A DNA stretch of 64,000 bases, from contig JABLTJ010000002.1 in assembly GCA_013166775.1 (NCBI GenBank), positions 153,891 to 217,890 on the forward strand, given 5' to 3'. Of the stretch, positions 40,262 to 49,325 are shown in pieces (the first letter of the stretch is position 1; every line of letters starts with the position of its first letter). Source of the DNA: Promethearchaeati archaeon. Lineage in GTDB: Archaea; Asgardarchaeota; Heimdallarchaeia; Heimdallarchaeales; Heimdallarchaeaceae. The notes under the pieces were generated by a model that worked only from the letters and a program-made list of their open reading frames with translations, searched no databases and was not told the origin of the DNA. Both the position numbers and the translations under genes were made by a program.

Positions 40262-40877
40262 ATGAAAAAATATTTTTTCTCCATAAAATACTCTTGATTG
40301 CAGTCAATATAAGGAACATTATTTTAGTATTGGAAGAGTAAAACTGTGTGTAGGATGTACAAGTCTTTATTCCATGGTCGTAGCTTCTTTAATTGCATTC
40401 TTTGCAGCACATGATTTTTTTAGAGCAAACGCGATTATACTCCCGATTGTTTATGTTTATGGGATTTTAGCCTTTGGAATGTATTTACTTATTCGTTCAG
40501 AAAAGAAATGGCTCAAATCATTTTTCAGAGCTTCTCTTGGTTTAGGAGCAAGGGCGTATACAGCAGTTATCATTCTTGGACCTATTTGGTGAACAAGATT
40601 GATTTTAGTAGCTTTTATTCCTTTAGAAATTGCTTTATTCTTTATTGTAAGAGGAAAAAAAACTAATTTTGTTATTTGTGATGATTGTCCGTTACATCAT
40701 GCAGATCCACCATATGATCCAATGAAAAACACAGAGATTAAGATAAACAATCTCAACAGCTTGATAGACTCACAGATAGATGGATTAAAGGTTGCACGAC
40801 AGAAAGCTCTTGAAGAGAAAAGGAAAGAAAATGGAATAGACGGTTCTAAAACTCTTGAGGAAAAAGAAGAAACCTAG
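40262..40877 (+). pseudogene. Disrupted Cys/His-motif membrane protein gene (DUF2085-like)
   Basis: The two track ORFs (40374-40592, 40599-40877) are in one frame separated by TGA (GPIW*TRL). The frame extends upstream through DCSQYKEHYFSIGRVKLCVGC to a TAA at 40284-40286, and ATG 40262 is out of frame. Confidence 0.65.
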
Positions 40878-41723
40878 TTAGAGATAAAATTCTCCTTTAA
40901 GAACCAAACTTGTTTTTCCAATAATCTCAACTCGGTTATTTTCAACTATCTTGACAGTTAATTCTCCACCACGTTCAGATAGCTGATTAGCTGACATTTC
41001 TTTCTTACCAAGTATTTTTGACCAATAAGGTGTAAGAATCGTATGTGTTGAACCTGTTACTGGATCTTCGTTTATTCCTGCCCAAGGAGCAAAGAAACGA
41101 GAAACAAAATCAATATTGTTCGAACCTTTTGAAGTTATCACTACTCCTCGAATATCTATGTCTAGTTTTAGCTCAAGCATATCTCCAAAATTAGGAGCAA
41201 TTCTTTTCACTTCATTCTCGTTTTCTAGCTCTAATAGAATATCAGTAACATTTTTAGCATAAGCAGCAGCTAGACAATTTTCTATTCCCATTGCATCTAG
41301 GAGAGCTTTGGGTGGAGTAATATCTTCAGGTTCATTTAGTGGAAAATTCAATCCTATAGAGTCATCGATTTTCTTTGCAATTAACCTCCCACTCAAAGTA
41401 TCAAAATTGACTTTATCAGCGTTTATACCAATCTCAAAGAACAATACAGAAGCTGAAGCAAGAGTTGCATGACCACACAGATTAACTTCAACTTTAGGTG
41501 TAAACCATCTTAGACGAAAACCATCAGTTTCTTTAATTTCATTTATGTCCTGAACATAAATGAATGCTGTTTCAGACAAGTTCATCTCTGCTGCTATTTT
41601 CTGCAAAAACTCATCTGAATAATCTTTAGTAATCAAACAAACAGCAGCAGGATTCCCTTTGAAAGGAACCTCTGTAAAAGCATCTATTTGGTAGATAGGT
41701 ATAAAATCGTTATTTTTATTCAT
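40878..41723 (-). CDS. PhzF family (diaminopimelate epimerase-like) protein
   Basis: DAFT..PFKGNPAAV, EMNLSETAF, EVNLCGHATLA, EDPVTGS. Confidence 0.93.
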   Translation of the reverse strand: MNKNNDFIPIYQIDAFTEVPFKGNPAAVCLITKDYSDEFLQKIAAEMNLSETAFIYVQDINEIKETDGFRLRWFTPKVEVNLCGHATLASASVLFFEIGINADKVNFDTLSGRLIAKKIDDSIGLNFPLNEPEDITPPKALLDAMGIENCLAAAYAKNVTDILLELENENEVKRIAPNFGDMLELKLDIDIRGVVITSKGSNNIDFVSRFFAPWAGINEDPVTGSTHTILTPYWSKILGKKEMSANQLSERGGELTVKIVENNRVEIIGKTSLVLKGEFYL

Positions 41724-41805
41724 TGAATAACTTTAAGGTGGCATATTTATATTATTTTCTCAGAATCTACAGAAAGGAAAATTTATGAAGTAGATAAAAC
41801 ATAAA

Positions 41806-44800
41806 TTGTTTATGAAACGAAAAGCAATTTTTAGTTTATCTTTTCTATTAATTTCTATTTTCTTGTTTCAAATAAGTACTCTAATGGTACTCTCTGAAAA
41901 AACACTTGAAACACCTATAGAAATAATAGATCACGAGATAGAATTACCTGTAGTGAATGTACTCAGAGAATTTGTCTTACATTTTGATTCAAGAAACACA
42001 TACAACAGTTTTGTTGAATCTTACAGCCCAAGACTAGAATTTCCTGGCTTGAAGATGGTTATGCTCGATGATTGGTTGTTTAATAGACCAGTACTTGAAA
42101 GCATCGTAGGTGTTAAAGGAGTTTTCGATCTTACAGATTCACAGTTCCACTTCATAGAACCTACAGAAGATACAGAATACATCTACTCAGGTTTAGACGG
42201 TGTCAAAAAAACTGTTCAGACCAAAGATATGTTGAACCTTCAACCTTTATGGAGCGATGGTTATAAGGGAGCAGGTACAGTACTCTATGATATTGACACA
42301 GGAATCAACATTGCTCATGTAGATTTTACAGGAAGAATCAATTTTACTCTCAGTAAGTCCTTTATAGAAACAATCTACGGATTTCCAACTAATAATCCTT
42401 CACTTGACGATACTAATGGACATGGAACCCACACAGCAGGAACTGCAGCAGGAGCTGGTATAGCAAACCCAGATTATATTGGGATGGCTCCAGAAGCTGA
42501 AATAATTGTTGCTAGAACTGAAGTTCTTGGTGATTCAGGTATTCCTCCCGCATCACTTCTAGCTGCAATGGATTACGCTATTATTTTAGGTAAAGTCGAT
42601 GTTCTCACTTACAGTATCAGTGGAGGAGACAGAGAGGGTATTTCAGCTTCCGAAGCTGCAATGACAGAGATTGTGGAAAGTGGTGTAGTTGTATGTTGTG
42701 CAGTTGGTAACGATGATGATTATTATTATATGACTGGTGCCCCAGCTTCAGCTCCTCAAACTATAGGTGTTGCAGCAACAGCTATGTCGGGATCCCCAGC
42801 AGCTTTTAGTAACTTTGGACCAACTCAAGATAGTTATGTTAAGCCTGACCTAGCAGCCCCCGGAACTGGAATCTGGAGTTGTTATATTGGTAGTTCAACT
42901 GCATATGCATCTTTAGACGGAACATCTATGGCTACTCCTCATATAGCTGGAAGTAGTTTAGTTCTAGTGGATGCATTGAAAGAACTAGGAATTCAATATG
43001 ATGCAGGTTTAGTTAAAGCAGCATTAATGAAATCAGCTTCAATTGCTTTATCAGGTAATTACTTGAGTATCGGTGCAGGTGTTCCTAATATTAACGATGC
43101 CCTTCTAGCTATTCAAGCAGCTACTGCAAATGCAAGCGGTTTTCCTGTAGTATTATGGGCTTTACCCGAATTTCCAATTCAATTCTATGAAACCTTACCT
43201 CAGGGATTCCATGGAGAGTTTTTCATCGATTCAGTTTCCTCTACTCCACAAGATGATCTAGCTCCTGTTGTAAGTGGGAATATAACTTCTATTGTTACCC
43301 TAAATACAACTCCATGGACTGAACCTTGGACTAAGAATTATTACCTTTCAATTGATGTCCCTGATGCTATAGCTCCAGGAATATATGACGGAGATATCAC
43401 TTTTGAAACAAATGGTGTCACTGCAACTACACACTTAGAAATAACAGTAGTTGAAGGTAAAGGTAAAATACTATATTCTAAAAAACATACAGACTATTCA
43501 TTCGATTTTGCATTAGGACAGTACATCCTACCAGTGGGATATCTACTACAAAATGGTTATGCACTTAACGAATATAAAACCTGGAATATTACAGGTGAGA
43601 GAAATGAAATTACAGATGTTCTCCTATCGAGTTATGATTGTATATGGTTAGCTGATCCTTTCAACATACATTATCCGAATGGCTATTCCAATCCATATAA
43701 GATTTGGCCAGCACATACTTCTGAATTGGAAACCGTCTTAGCTAATGAAATTCTTGCTATCCAGAATTTTGTAGCGGCAGGAGGAGGATTGTTATTAGAT
43801 TTTCTAGGGGAAACAACAGAAAATATTGGTGGACTACTTAAAACTACTGGAATGCATGTAGGTACCATCAATGATTTACTTGATCCTTACGGAATTGTAG
43901 TATCAGATAACCCATATGCTTTTACTGAAACGGAAATTGCAAAGGTTATTACAACGCATGCAATTACTGAAGGTGTTAAGAAAGTCGATCATTACGGAAC
44001 AACACTCTCTGTTACAGGAGACGCTCAAATCATAGCAGAATACGATGGTGAAGGGACTGTTGCTATTTATGAAAATAGTAATGGAGGAAGGGTTGTCACA
44101 ATGGCAACAAACTTCATCTTGGATACCTCAGGATATCAAGATCAATACCATACAGACACAAATAATGAACTATTCTGTAATAATATTTTCGATTGGTTGC
44201 TCGCTGATGAAAAAATAGTTGTTACACATACTGAAGATGATAACGGAGTATCTTTCGAGATTAAATCAATAATTCCTTCAGCAACACTCACTGCAACCTT
44301 AGAATATAAAGCTGCTACTACAACAACAGACACTGTAAACCTTGTTGACGTTGGAGGAGGAGATTATACTTACAGATTAGACTATGGAGAAGAAGGAATT
44401 TATAAATTCTGGATTGAGAGCGTAGAAGATAAATATCTAAATCAATTCGTATTTGACAGTACAATACCCGTTGTTATTGACACTGGAGGATGGGAAAATT
44501 ACACTGTTCCAGAAATTGGTAGAATTGATTTCACCGTTCAAGATGCTAGCTCAATTATAAAATCCGTGAGTATTAAAATAAATGGTGAAAGCGTTAATTA
44601 TGCTGGAATCGGAACGAGAACAATAACTTTCAGTGTTTTCTCATCAAGTTTCACAGAGGAACTTAATGTGTTAGACATTGTCGCTGTAGATGCAGCTGAT
44701 AATAAATTGGAAACATCATACATTATACCATTAACAGAACCTGAAAGTACTTCTCTACCAGCAATTGCAGTTGTTCTAAGTTTATTATCTATGGCAGCTC

Positions 44801-44832
44801 TTGTAAGTATTTTCAGAAGAAAAAATAGATAA
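41806..44832 (+). CDS. Secreted, C-terminally anchored S8 (subtilisin-like) protease with GATase/DUF4350-like and Ig-like accessory domains
   Basis: Catalytic triad motifs DTGI, HGTHTAG and GTSMATPH; NFVAAGGGLL accessory domain; C-terminal LP-TM-RRKNR. Confidence 0.9.
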   Translation: MFMKRKAIFSLSFLLISIFLFQISTLMVLSEKTLETPIEIIDHEIELPVVNVLREFVLHFDSRNTYNSFVESYSPRLEFPGLKMVMLDDWLFNRPVLESIVGVKGVFDLTDSQFHFIEPTEDTEYIYSGLDGVKKTVQTKDMLNLQPLWSDGYKGAGTVLYDIDTGINIAHVDFTGRINFTLSKSFIETIYGFPTNNPSLDDTNGHGTHTAGTAAGAGIANPDYIGMAPEAEIIVARTEVLGDSGIPPASLLAAMDYAIILGKVDVLTYSISGGDREGISASEAAMTEIVESGVVVCCAVGNDDDYYYMTGAPASAPQTIGVAATAMSGSPAAFSNFGPTQDSYVKPDLAAPGTGIWSCYIGSSTAYASLDGTSMATPHIAGSSLVLVDALKELGIQYDAGLVKAALMKSASIALSGNYLSIGAGVPNINDALLAIQAATANASGFPVVLWALPEFPIQFYETLPQGFHGEFFIDSVSSTPQDDLAPVVSGNITSIVTLNTTPWTEPWTKNYYLSIDVPDAIAPGIYDGDITFETNGVTATTHLEITVVEGKGKILYSKKHTDYSFDFALGQYILPVGYLLQNGYALNEYKTWNITGERNEITDVLLSSYDCIWLADPFNIHYPNGYSNPYKIWPAHTSELETVLANEILAIQNFVAAGGGLLLDFLGETTENIGGLLKTTGMHVGTINDLLDPYGIVVSDNPYAFTETEIAKVITTHAITEGVKKVDHYGTTLSVTGDAQIIAEYDGEGTVAIYENSNGGRVVTMATNFILDTSGYQDQYHTDTNNELFCNNIFDWLLADEKIVVTHTEDDNGVSFEIKSIIPSATLTATLEYKAATTTTDTVNLVDVGGGDYTYRLDYGEEGIYKFWIESVEDKYLNQFVFDSTIPVVIDTGGWENYTVPEIGRIDFTVQDASSIIKSVSIKINGESVNYAGIGTRTITFSVFSSSFTEELNVLDIVAVDAADNKLETSYIIPLTEPESTSLPAIAVVLSLLSMAALVSIFRRKNR

Positions 44833-44973
44833 ATCATCTATTTTCTTTTTTCCTTTTTTATAGAAAATTTTAACAATCCACATACTTATTTTCAAAAGAA
44901 GAGTGTTTAAAATTCATGAATGATTCATGAGATATTAATTAACTAGATACATACCAGATGCAAGGAAGAGAAT

Positions 44974-45633
44974 GTGGTGCCCATAGCAAAAGGAACAGAA
45001 AGGATGGTGAGTATCCTTATTACAATAGTAATTACTAGTTTCATAACTTCTTTCTTAATCAGTTTCTTTTTAGCTGTCTTCTGGCAAATAGCTATATTTG
45101 CAACAATCGCTTTTTGTTGTGTTTTTCTTATCTGGGATTTTAGAAGTCCTAAACGAGAGATTATCATTGATAAAAACTGGATTTTAGCTCCTGCAGATGG
45201 AATTATTGTTGAAATTGAAGAATCAGATGATGGCTTTTTCTATGCTATCAGAATGTCTCCTTTTGATGTTCATATGAATCGAAGTCCTATTGATGGAGTA
45301 ATTAAGGATATTAAATTCCAAAAAGGATCTCATTGGCCTGTTTATTTCCCTAATTATGCAAAGAGAAATCAAAGAAATTCAATAACAATCACAAATAAAG
45401 AGGAAAACATAGAAGCTATTGTAACTCAAGTTTCAGGTATATTCGCAAGAAGAACTATTTCTTATGTGAAAAAGGGTGATGCAGTAAAACAAGGAGAAAT
45501 AATAGGAACCATTAGATTTGGTTCTATAACTAGTTTGAAAATTACTAGTAGTAAAAAATTTAAACTAGTTCAAGAAAGTTCAACGTCGGTTAGAGCTGGT
45601 CTTTCAGTTCTAGCTGAAATTAGACAACAGTGA
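44974..45633 (+). CDS. psd: Phosphatidylserine/archaetidylserine decarboxylase proenzyme
   Basis: FRSPKR, APADG, MSPFDVHMNRSP, Q..G..ARR and the RFGS autocleavage motif. Confidence 0.9.
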   Translation: MVPIAKGTERMVSILITIVITSFITSFLISFFLAVFWQIAIFATIAFCCVFLIWDFRSPKREIIIDKNWILAPADGIIVEIEESDDGFFYAIRMSPFDVHMNRSPIDGVIKDIKFQKGSHWPVYFPNYAKRNQRNSITITNKEENIEAIVTQVSGIFARRTISYVKKGDAVKQGEIIGTIRFGSITSLKITSSKKFKLVQESSTSVRAGLSVLAEIRQQ

Positions 45634-45637
45634 TTAA

Positions 45638-46417
45638 ATGTCATGGGAAGACCTTCCTTATCTACAGAAAAAATGGATTAAGACTACAGCTTGGTTTTTA
45701 GCTAATTTATTTACACTTGGAAACATAACTTTTGCAATAGTGGGGATTGTTTTCACATTTATTAATCCTGAAAATTTTAACTACTGGTTTGCTAAGATAT
45801 TAGCTATTTGTTCGATTCTGGATTTTGCTGATGGTAAACTTGCTCGAATTAGTGGCAGTAAGAGGTTAGCAATTGATATAGACACAATTGTAGACGCATT
45901 CGCATTCGGAGTCTTTCCTGCTATTTATCTAGGATATGTTGTAGCTGGTTGGGAGACAAGACAATCTCTAGCTATTTTAGCAGGAGTTGTAACAGGATTA
46001 GCTTACCTAGGAGCAGTTTGGTATAGATTATATCGTTTTGTAAGAAGAGATCCTCTTTACACACCCTATTTCAATGGATTACCAAGTCCTTTTGCTGGAA
46101 TGGTTGTTGCTTGTATGGTAGTATTTCCAGACACTGATGTATGGGTAATAATGGTATCAACTTTCATCATTTCAGGTTTTATGTTATCAAAAATCCCATT
46201 TCCATCATTCAAAGGTGTTCCCTCAAAGTTTGATTTGTATTGGATAATAACAACTACCCTTTTAATTGTCTTATTTGCAGCATTTCCATTTAATTGGATG
46301 ATTTATCCTACATATGGAATTTCAACCTATATGATAGTGTACTTAATTGCTGGACCGGGTTATGCGATTAAACTAGAAGAGAAAATGGAAGAAGAAAAAG
46401 AAGAGAAAGAAGAATAA
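45638..46417 (+). CDS. pssA: CDP-alcohol phosphatidyltransferase, probable (archaetidyl/phosphatidyl)serine synthase
   Basis: AN.FTLGN, DFADGKLAR...DTIVDAFAFGVFPA, RL.RF, FNGLPSP; 4 bp after psd. Confidence 0.85.
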   Translation: MSWEDLPYLQKKWIKTTAWFLANLFTLGNITFAIVGIVFTFINPENFNYWFAKILAICSILDFADGKLARISGSKRLAIDIDTIVDAFAFGVFPAIYLGYVVAGWETRQSLAILAGVVTGLAYLGAVWYRLYRFVRRDPLYTPYFNGLPSPFAGMVVACMVVFPDTDVWVIMVSTFIISGFMLSKIPFPSFKGVPSKFDLYWIITTTLLIVLFAAFPFNWMIYPTYGISTYMIVYLIAGPGYAIKLEEKMEEEKEEKEE

Positions 46418-46422
46418 AAAAA

Positions 46423-47472
46423 TTATCTTTTCAATTTTGTAATAGCTATTTGTTCAAACCCTAAAGCATTTGACATTACTGCATCATTTGGCATAAGAAC
46501 CTCATCAGGAGTTTTAACAATATTCGCTTCGAAAAATGCATTTTTCAAATAATCCCCGAAGATATAAGAACCTCCTCCACACACGATAACTTTTTCAATC
46601 CAAGCATCTGGGGGGAGATTGTTTAGCAAACGACTACTTTCATCAACAATTACATCTGCTATTGATACAACAGCTTGATCCATTGCAGCAGCTATGTCTA
46701 AAGCTTTCCCTCCAACAAGTATATTCTTTTTACCTTGTTCTATTGCTGTCATAAGATCAAAGGGTCTGACTATTTTTCCAGACTTCTCTTGGATTGCTCG
46801 AGCTAAAGCTGCTGTTAGACTATCAACAGCTTCCTCCAATGAACCAGAAGCTGCTCTCATCATATTTCCTTTATACATACACAAAATATCTGTAGTACCA
46901 TGCCCGATGTCTACTATAATTGAATCAACAGCAGTTTGTACTCCACTTTGTTTTAGTGTATGCCAGTAAGTTCCATAGGGTTCTGGAGCGATAAAAACTT
47001 GTTCAACTAGAATCTTCATTTGTTTTGATTCACCAGTTGAATCATTTCTTATCTTTATTTCATGAGTTCCTTTTAATCCTCGACTTAACAATTTACTTTC
47101 TTCAGTACCTGTAGCAATAGGTACCCCTGTTGCAATTATAAATTGTTCATAATTTGATTTCATTATCAAGCTAAGGATGGCTTTCAATGCAAGAAGGCTG
47201 TTCTCTATTGATTTCATTTTACCTTCAGAAGCTAAAGGTTTTCGAATTTCACTTTGCAATCTGGCAAGTTCCCCTATGTAGATTTCTTGTCCTTTTGAGT
47301 CTTCTATAATTAGATTGTTTAACCAGCTTTTATCAGATGACATTCCTTGCCAGCCAGGATTTGGTGTTCCAATTACAGAAGGAATTCTATACTTTAAATC
47401 TCCACAAGTCAGCTTGATTGTACTTGTTCCTAAATCTATTCCAACAGCGTTGGTCATGGGAGCAATAGGCAT
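46423..47472 (-). CDS. Actin-fold ATPase of the ParM/StbA/Ta0583 type
   Basis: Phosphate-1 GIDLGTSTIK, TGVP, connect-1 PEPYG, phosphate-2 VDIGHGTTD, adenosine CGGGS, connect-2 NALGF. Confidence 0.85.
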   Translation of the reverse strand: MPIAPMTNAVGIDLGTSTIKLTCGDLKYRIPSVIGTPNPGWQGMSSDKSWLNNLIIEDSKGQEIYIGELARLQSEIRKPLASEGKMKSIENSLLALKAILSLIMKSNYEQFIIATGVPIATGTEESKLLSRGLKGTHEIKIRNDSTGESKQMKILVEQVFIAPEPYGTYWHTLKQSGVQTAVDSIIVDIGHGTTDILCMYKGNMMRAASGSLEEAVDSLTAALARAIQEKSGKIVRPFDLMTAIEQGKKNILVGGKALDIAAAMDQAVVSIADVIVDESSRLLNNLPPDAWIEKVIVCGGGSYIFGDYLKNAFFEANIVKTPDEVLMPNDAVMSNALGFEQIAITKLKR

Positions 47473-47760
47473 TCTTTTTTCACCACACTAATTACCATAA
47501 GTTTTGGTTATTTAAACTGTTTGTCATTTCAGTTATCCGTCAATTTTTTGTAAATTTAAGAAAAAGAAAATCCTTTGAAAATCATATGGAAAAATCCGAC
47601 AAAATTAGTCAAAAAATTCATTTTAATAATTGAAATTTTAACTTAAAACCCAAGACGATAAAGTACAGCCACCTTTCCAATAATTTGTTTAATAAAACAT
47701 TGAAAATAACATTTATAGCCCTCTAGGCGTTAAAATTCTTAAGATGTAATGCATTTTGGG

Positions 47761-47800
47761 CAAAAGTATATAAATGCATATGCAAACATACAAGTGCATG
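47761..47800 (+). promoter_or_regulatory. Putative BRE/TATA promoter with an adjacent 10-bp palindrome
   Basis: CAAAAG-TATATAAA at 47761-47774, immediately followed by TGCATATGCA (47775-47784). AGGTGA and ATG 47821 lie downstream. Confidence 0.45.
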
Positions 47801-47820
47801 GTTATCCCTAGGTGATTCCT

Positions 47821-48384
47821 ATGGGCATATTTGAGCAGAAAATGGACGAACTAGAGGTGAGGGCCAGGATTGACCGTGTCCTACGGCAATCTGCAAACCT
47901 ATTTACAATAAGTAATGGAAAGAGAGTTCGTTTAAATGAAGCTATACGTCTCAGGGAGTTTTCCAATGTTTTAGGACTAATTATTGCATACAGTGCAGGT
48001 TCTTTCATGAGCATTGATCGATTCCGTGCTGAAGGAATCCATCCAGTTAGATATAAAAGAATTATTAATAGATTAAACTGTTACAGTGGTCAAGTTAGCA
48101 GTGCTCTGGTTCTTGAGTTACTTAGGTTGCGGGATGAAACGAAACTGAGCAAGTATGATTTGATACAACAAGTTCAAGAAAAGTACTTTAACCACAAACC
48201 AGTGGGAACAAGAGATATTACAGAAGCTCTAAACAGAATGCTTCGAAAAACAATGGATGAGTTTTTCTGGTTTGAAGATAGATACTTCAGAAGGAGCGAC
48301 TTCGAATTCAGATTGGTGGAGATTCCTCGGAATACTCCGTACGAATTAGCGAAGATTAGTTTGGATAATGTAATTCAATTCTAA
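47821..48384 (+). CDS. Basic hypothetical protein with a possible C-terminal winged helix
   Basis: Arg-rich. LVLELL...LSKYDLIQQVQEKY...VGTRDITEALNRM resembles a PadR-type wHTH. RBS favours ATG 47821. Confidence 0.6.
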   Translation: MGIFEQKMDELEVRARIDRVLRQSANLFTISNGKRVRLNEAIRLREFSNVLGLIIAYSAGSFMSIDRFRAEGIHPVRYKRIINRLNCYSGQVSSALVLELLRLRDETKLSKYDLIQQVQEKYFNHKPVGTRDITEALNRMLRKTMDEFFWFEDRYFRRSDFEFRLVEIPRNTPYELAKISLDNVIQF

Positions 48385-48478
48385 TTATTCTCTTTTTACA
48401 ACTTGACATAAGAATTGAATTTGCTATTTTGTCTCTTAAAAATAGAAAAATGAGATGTGTGGTTGTTTATTCTCAATT

Positions 48479-49237
48479 TCAACTGTCTTGAACTATCTCA
48501 ATTCTTTGTTCAACTACAAGTTGGGTTAGTTTTTGAATAGGTCTGACTATTAGCCAGACAGAATCTGGTCGTTTATCTACGGTCAATCTATTATTATCGT
48601 CAAAGTACTCATCTCTATTAGGAGAGTTCAATATTTCAACTAAATCATTTCTAGCATTCAAACAGCTACCTGTCATAACATGATTTGCAGCTTTATCGCT
48701 TAGTATTGCTCCTTCCTCAATCATATTTTGGATAATTTCTCTTTTGTCAATCCTTTCATTTTCAGCTAAATCTGATTTATTGATGAATGCTACCACAGGC
48801 ACTTTTTTACCAAATTTCTCTCCAATTTGATCTTTAGCTCCTTTGATTATTTCTTCATTCATTTGTTTAGCAATATTTTCAAAATTCAAAAATAGTATAA
48901 CTCCATCGACCCCCTTCATGACTATATCTCTTTGTACTTTATGTCTTTCTTCTCCAGGAATTGTCCATAATTGATATCGTAGTCTATCAAACTTCTTTCC
49001 TTTGAAGGGAGGAGTTTGAAACACCCCTTGATCAAAAAACACTGTTCTTCCTGAAATGTCTTGAATTTTTTGTAAAGAGGAAACGATTGTATCAGGATTT
49101 TCCATTCTCCTAAGTGCGTTGAAAACGGTTAACATGCTGGTTTTACCACTTAAAGGTGGACCAAAGAGAACTATTTTCATTGTAGGTTTTCCTTGTCTAT
49201 CGACAGAGAAAATATCAGTAAGCTCTAACTGGCTCAT
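48479..49237 (-). CDS. MglA-like small GTPase
   Basis: KIVLFGPPLSGKTS (G1), GRTVFFD (G2; MglA has RTLFFD), WTIPGE (G3; MglA has YTVPGQ), KGVDGV, NKSD (G4). Confidence 0.85.
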   Translation of the reverse strand: MSQLELTDIFSVDRQGKPTMKIVLFGPPLSGKTSMLTVFNALRRMENPDTIVSSLQKIQDISGRTVFFDQGVFQTPPFKGKKFDRLRYQLWTIPGEERHKVQRDIVMKGVDGVILFLNFENIAKQMNEEIIKGAKDQIGEKFGKKVPVVAFINKSDLAENERIDKREIIQNMIEEGAILSDKAANHVMTGSCLNARNDLVEILNSPNRDEYFDDNNRLTVDKRPDSVWLIVRPIQKLTQLVVEQRIEIVQDS

Positions 49238-49325
49238 AACAAATAATTCTTTACAATGTTATTTAAAAGATTCCGAAGTTCCCTTAAGATTAAAAAAATT
49301 AGAGGGTGTAACCTTCTAGTGATTA

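Noticed and set aside
40590-40592. Selenocysteine or genome-wide stop-codon reassignment
   Set aside because: The gene has a second lesion, and TGA, TAA and TAG all terminate intact conserved genes elsewhere in the window.
46423-47472. Eukaryote-like Asgard actin (lokiactin)
   Set aside because: It lacks actin-specific signatures such as DNGSG and the HGIV/WDDME region. The motifs fit ParM/Ta0583-type proteins.
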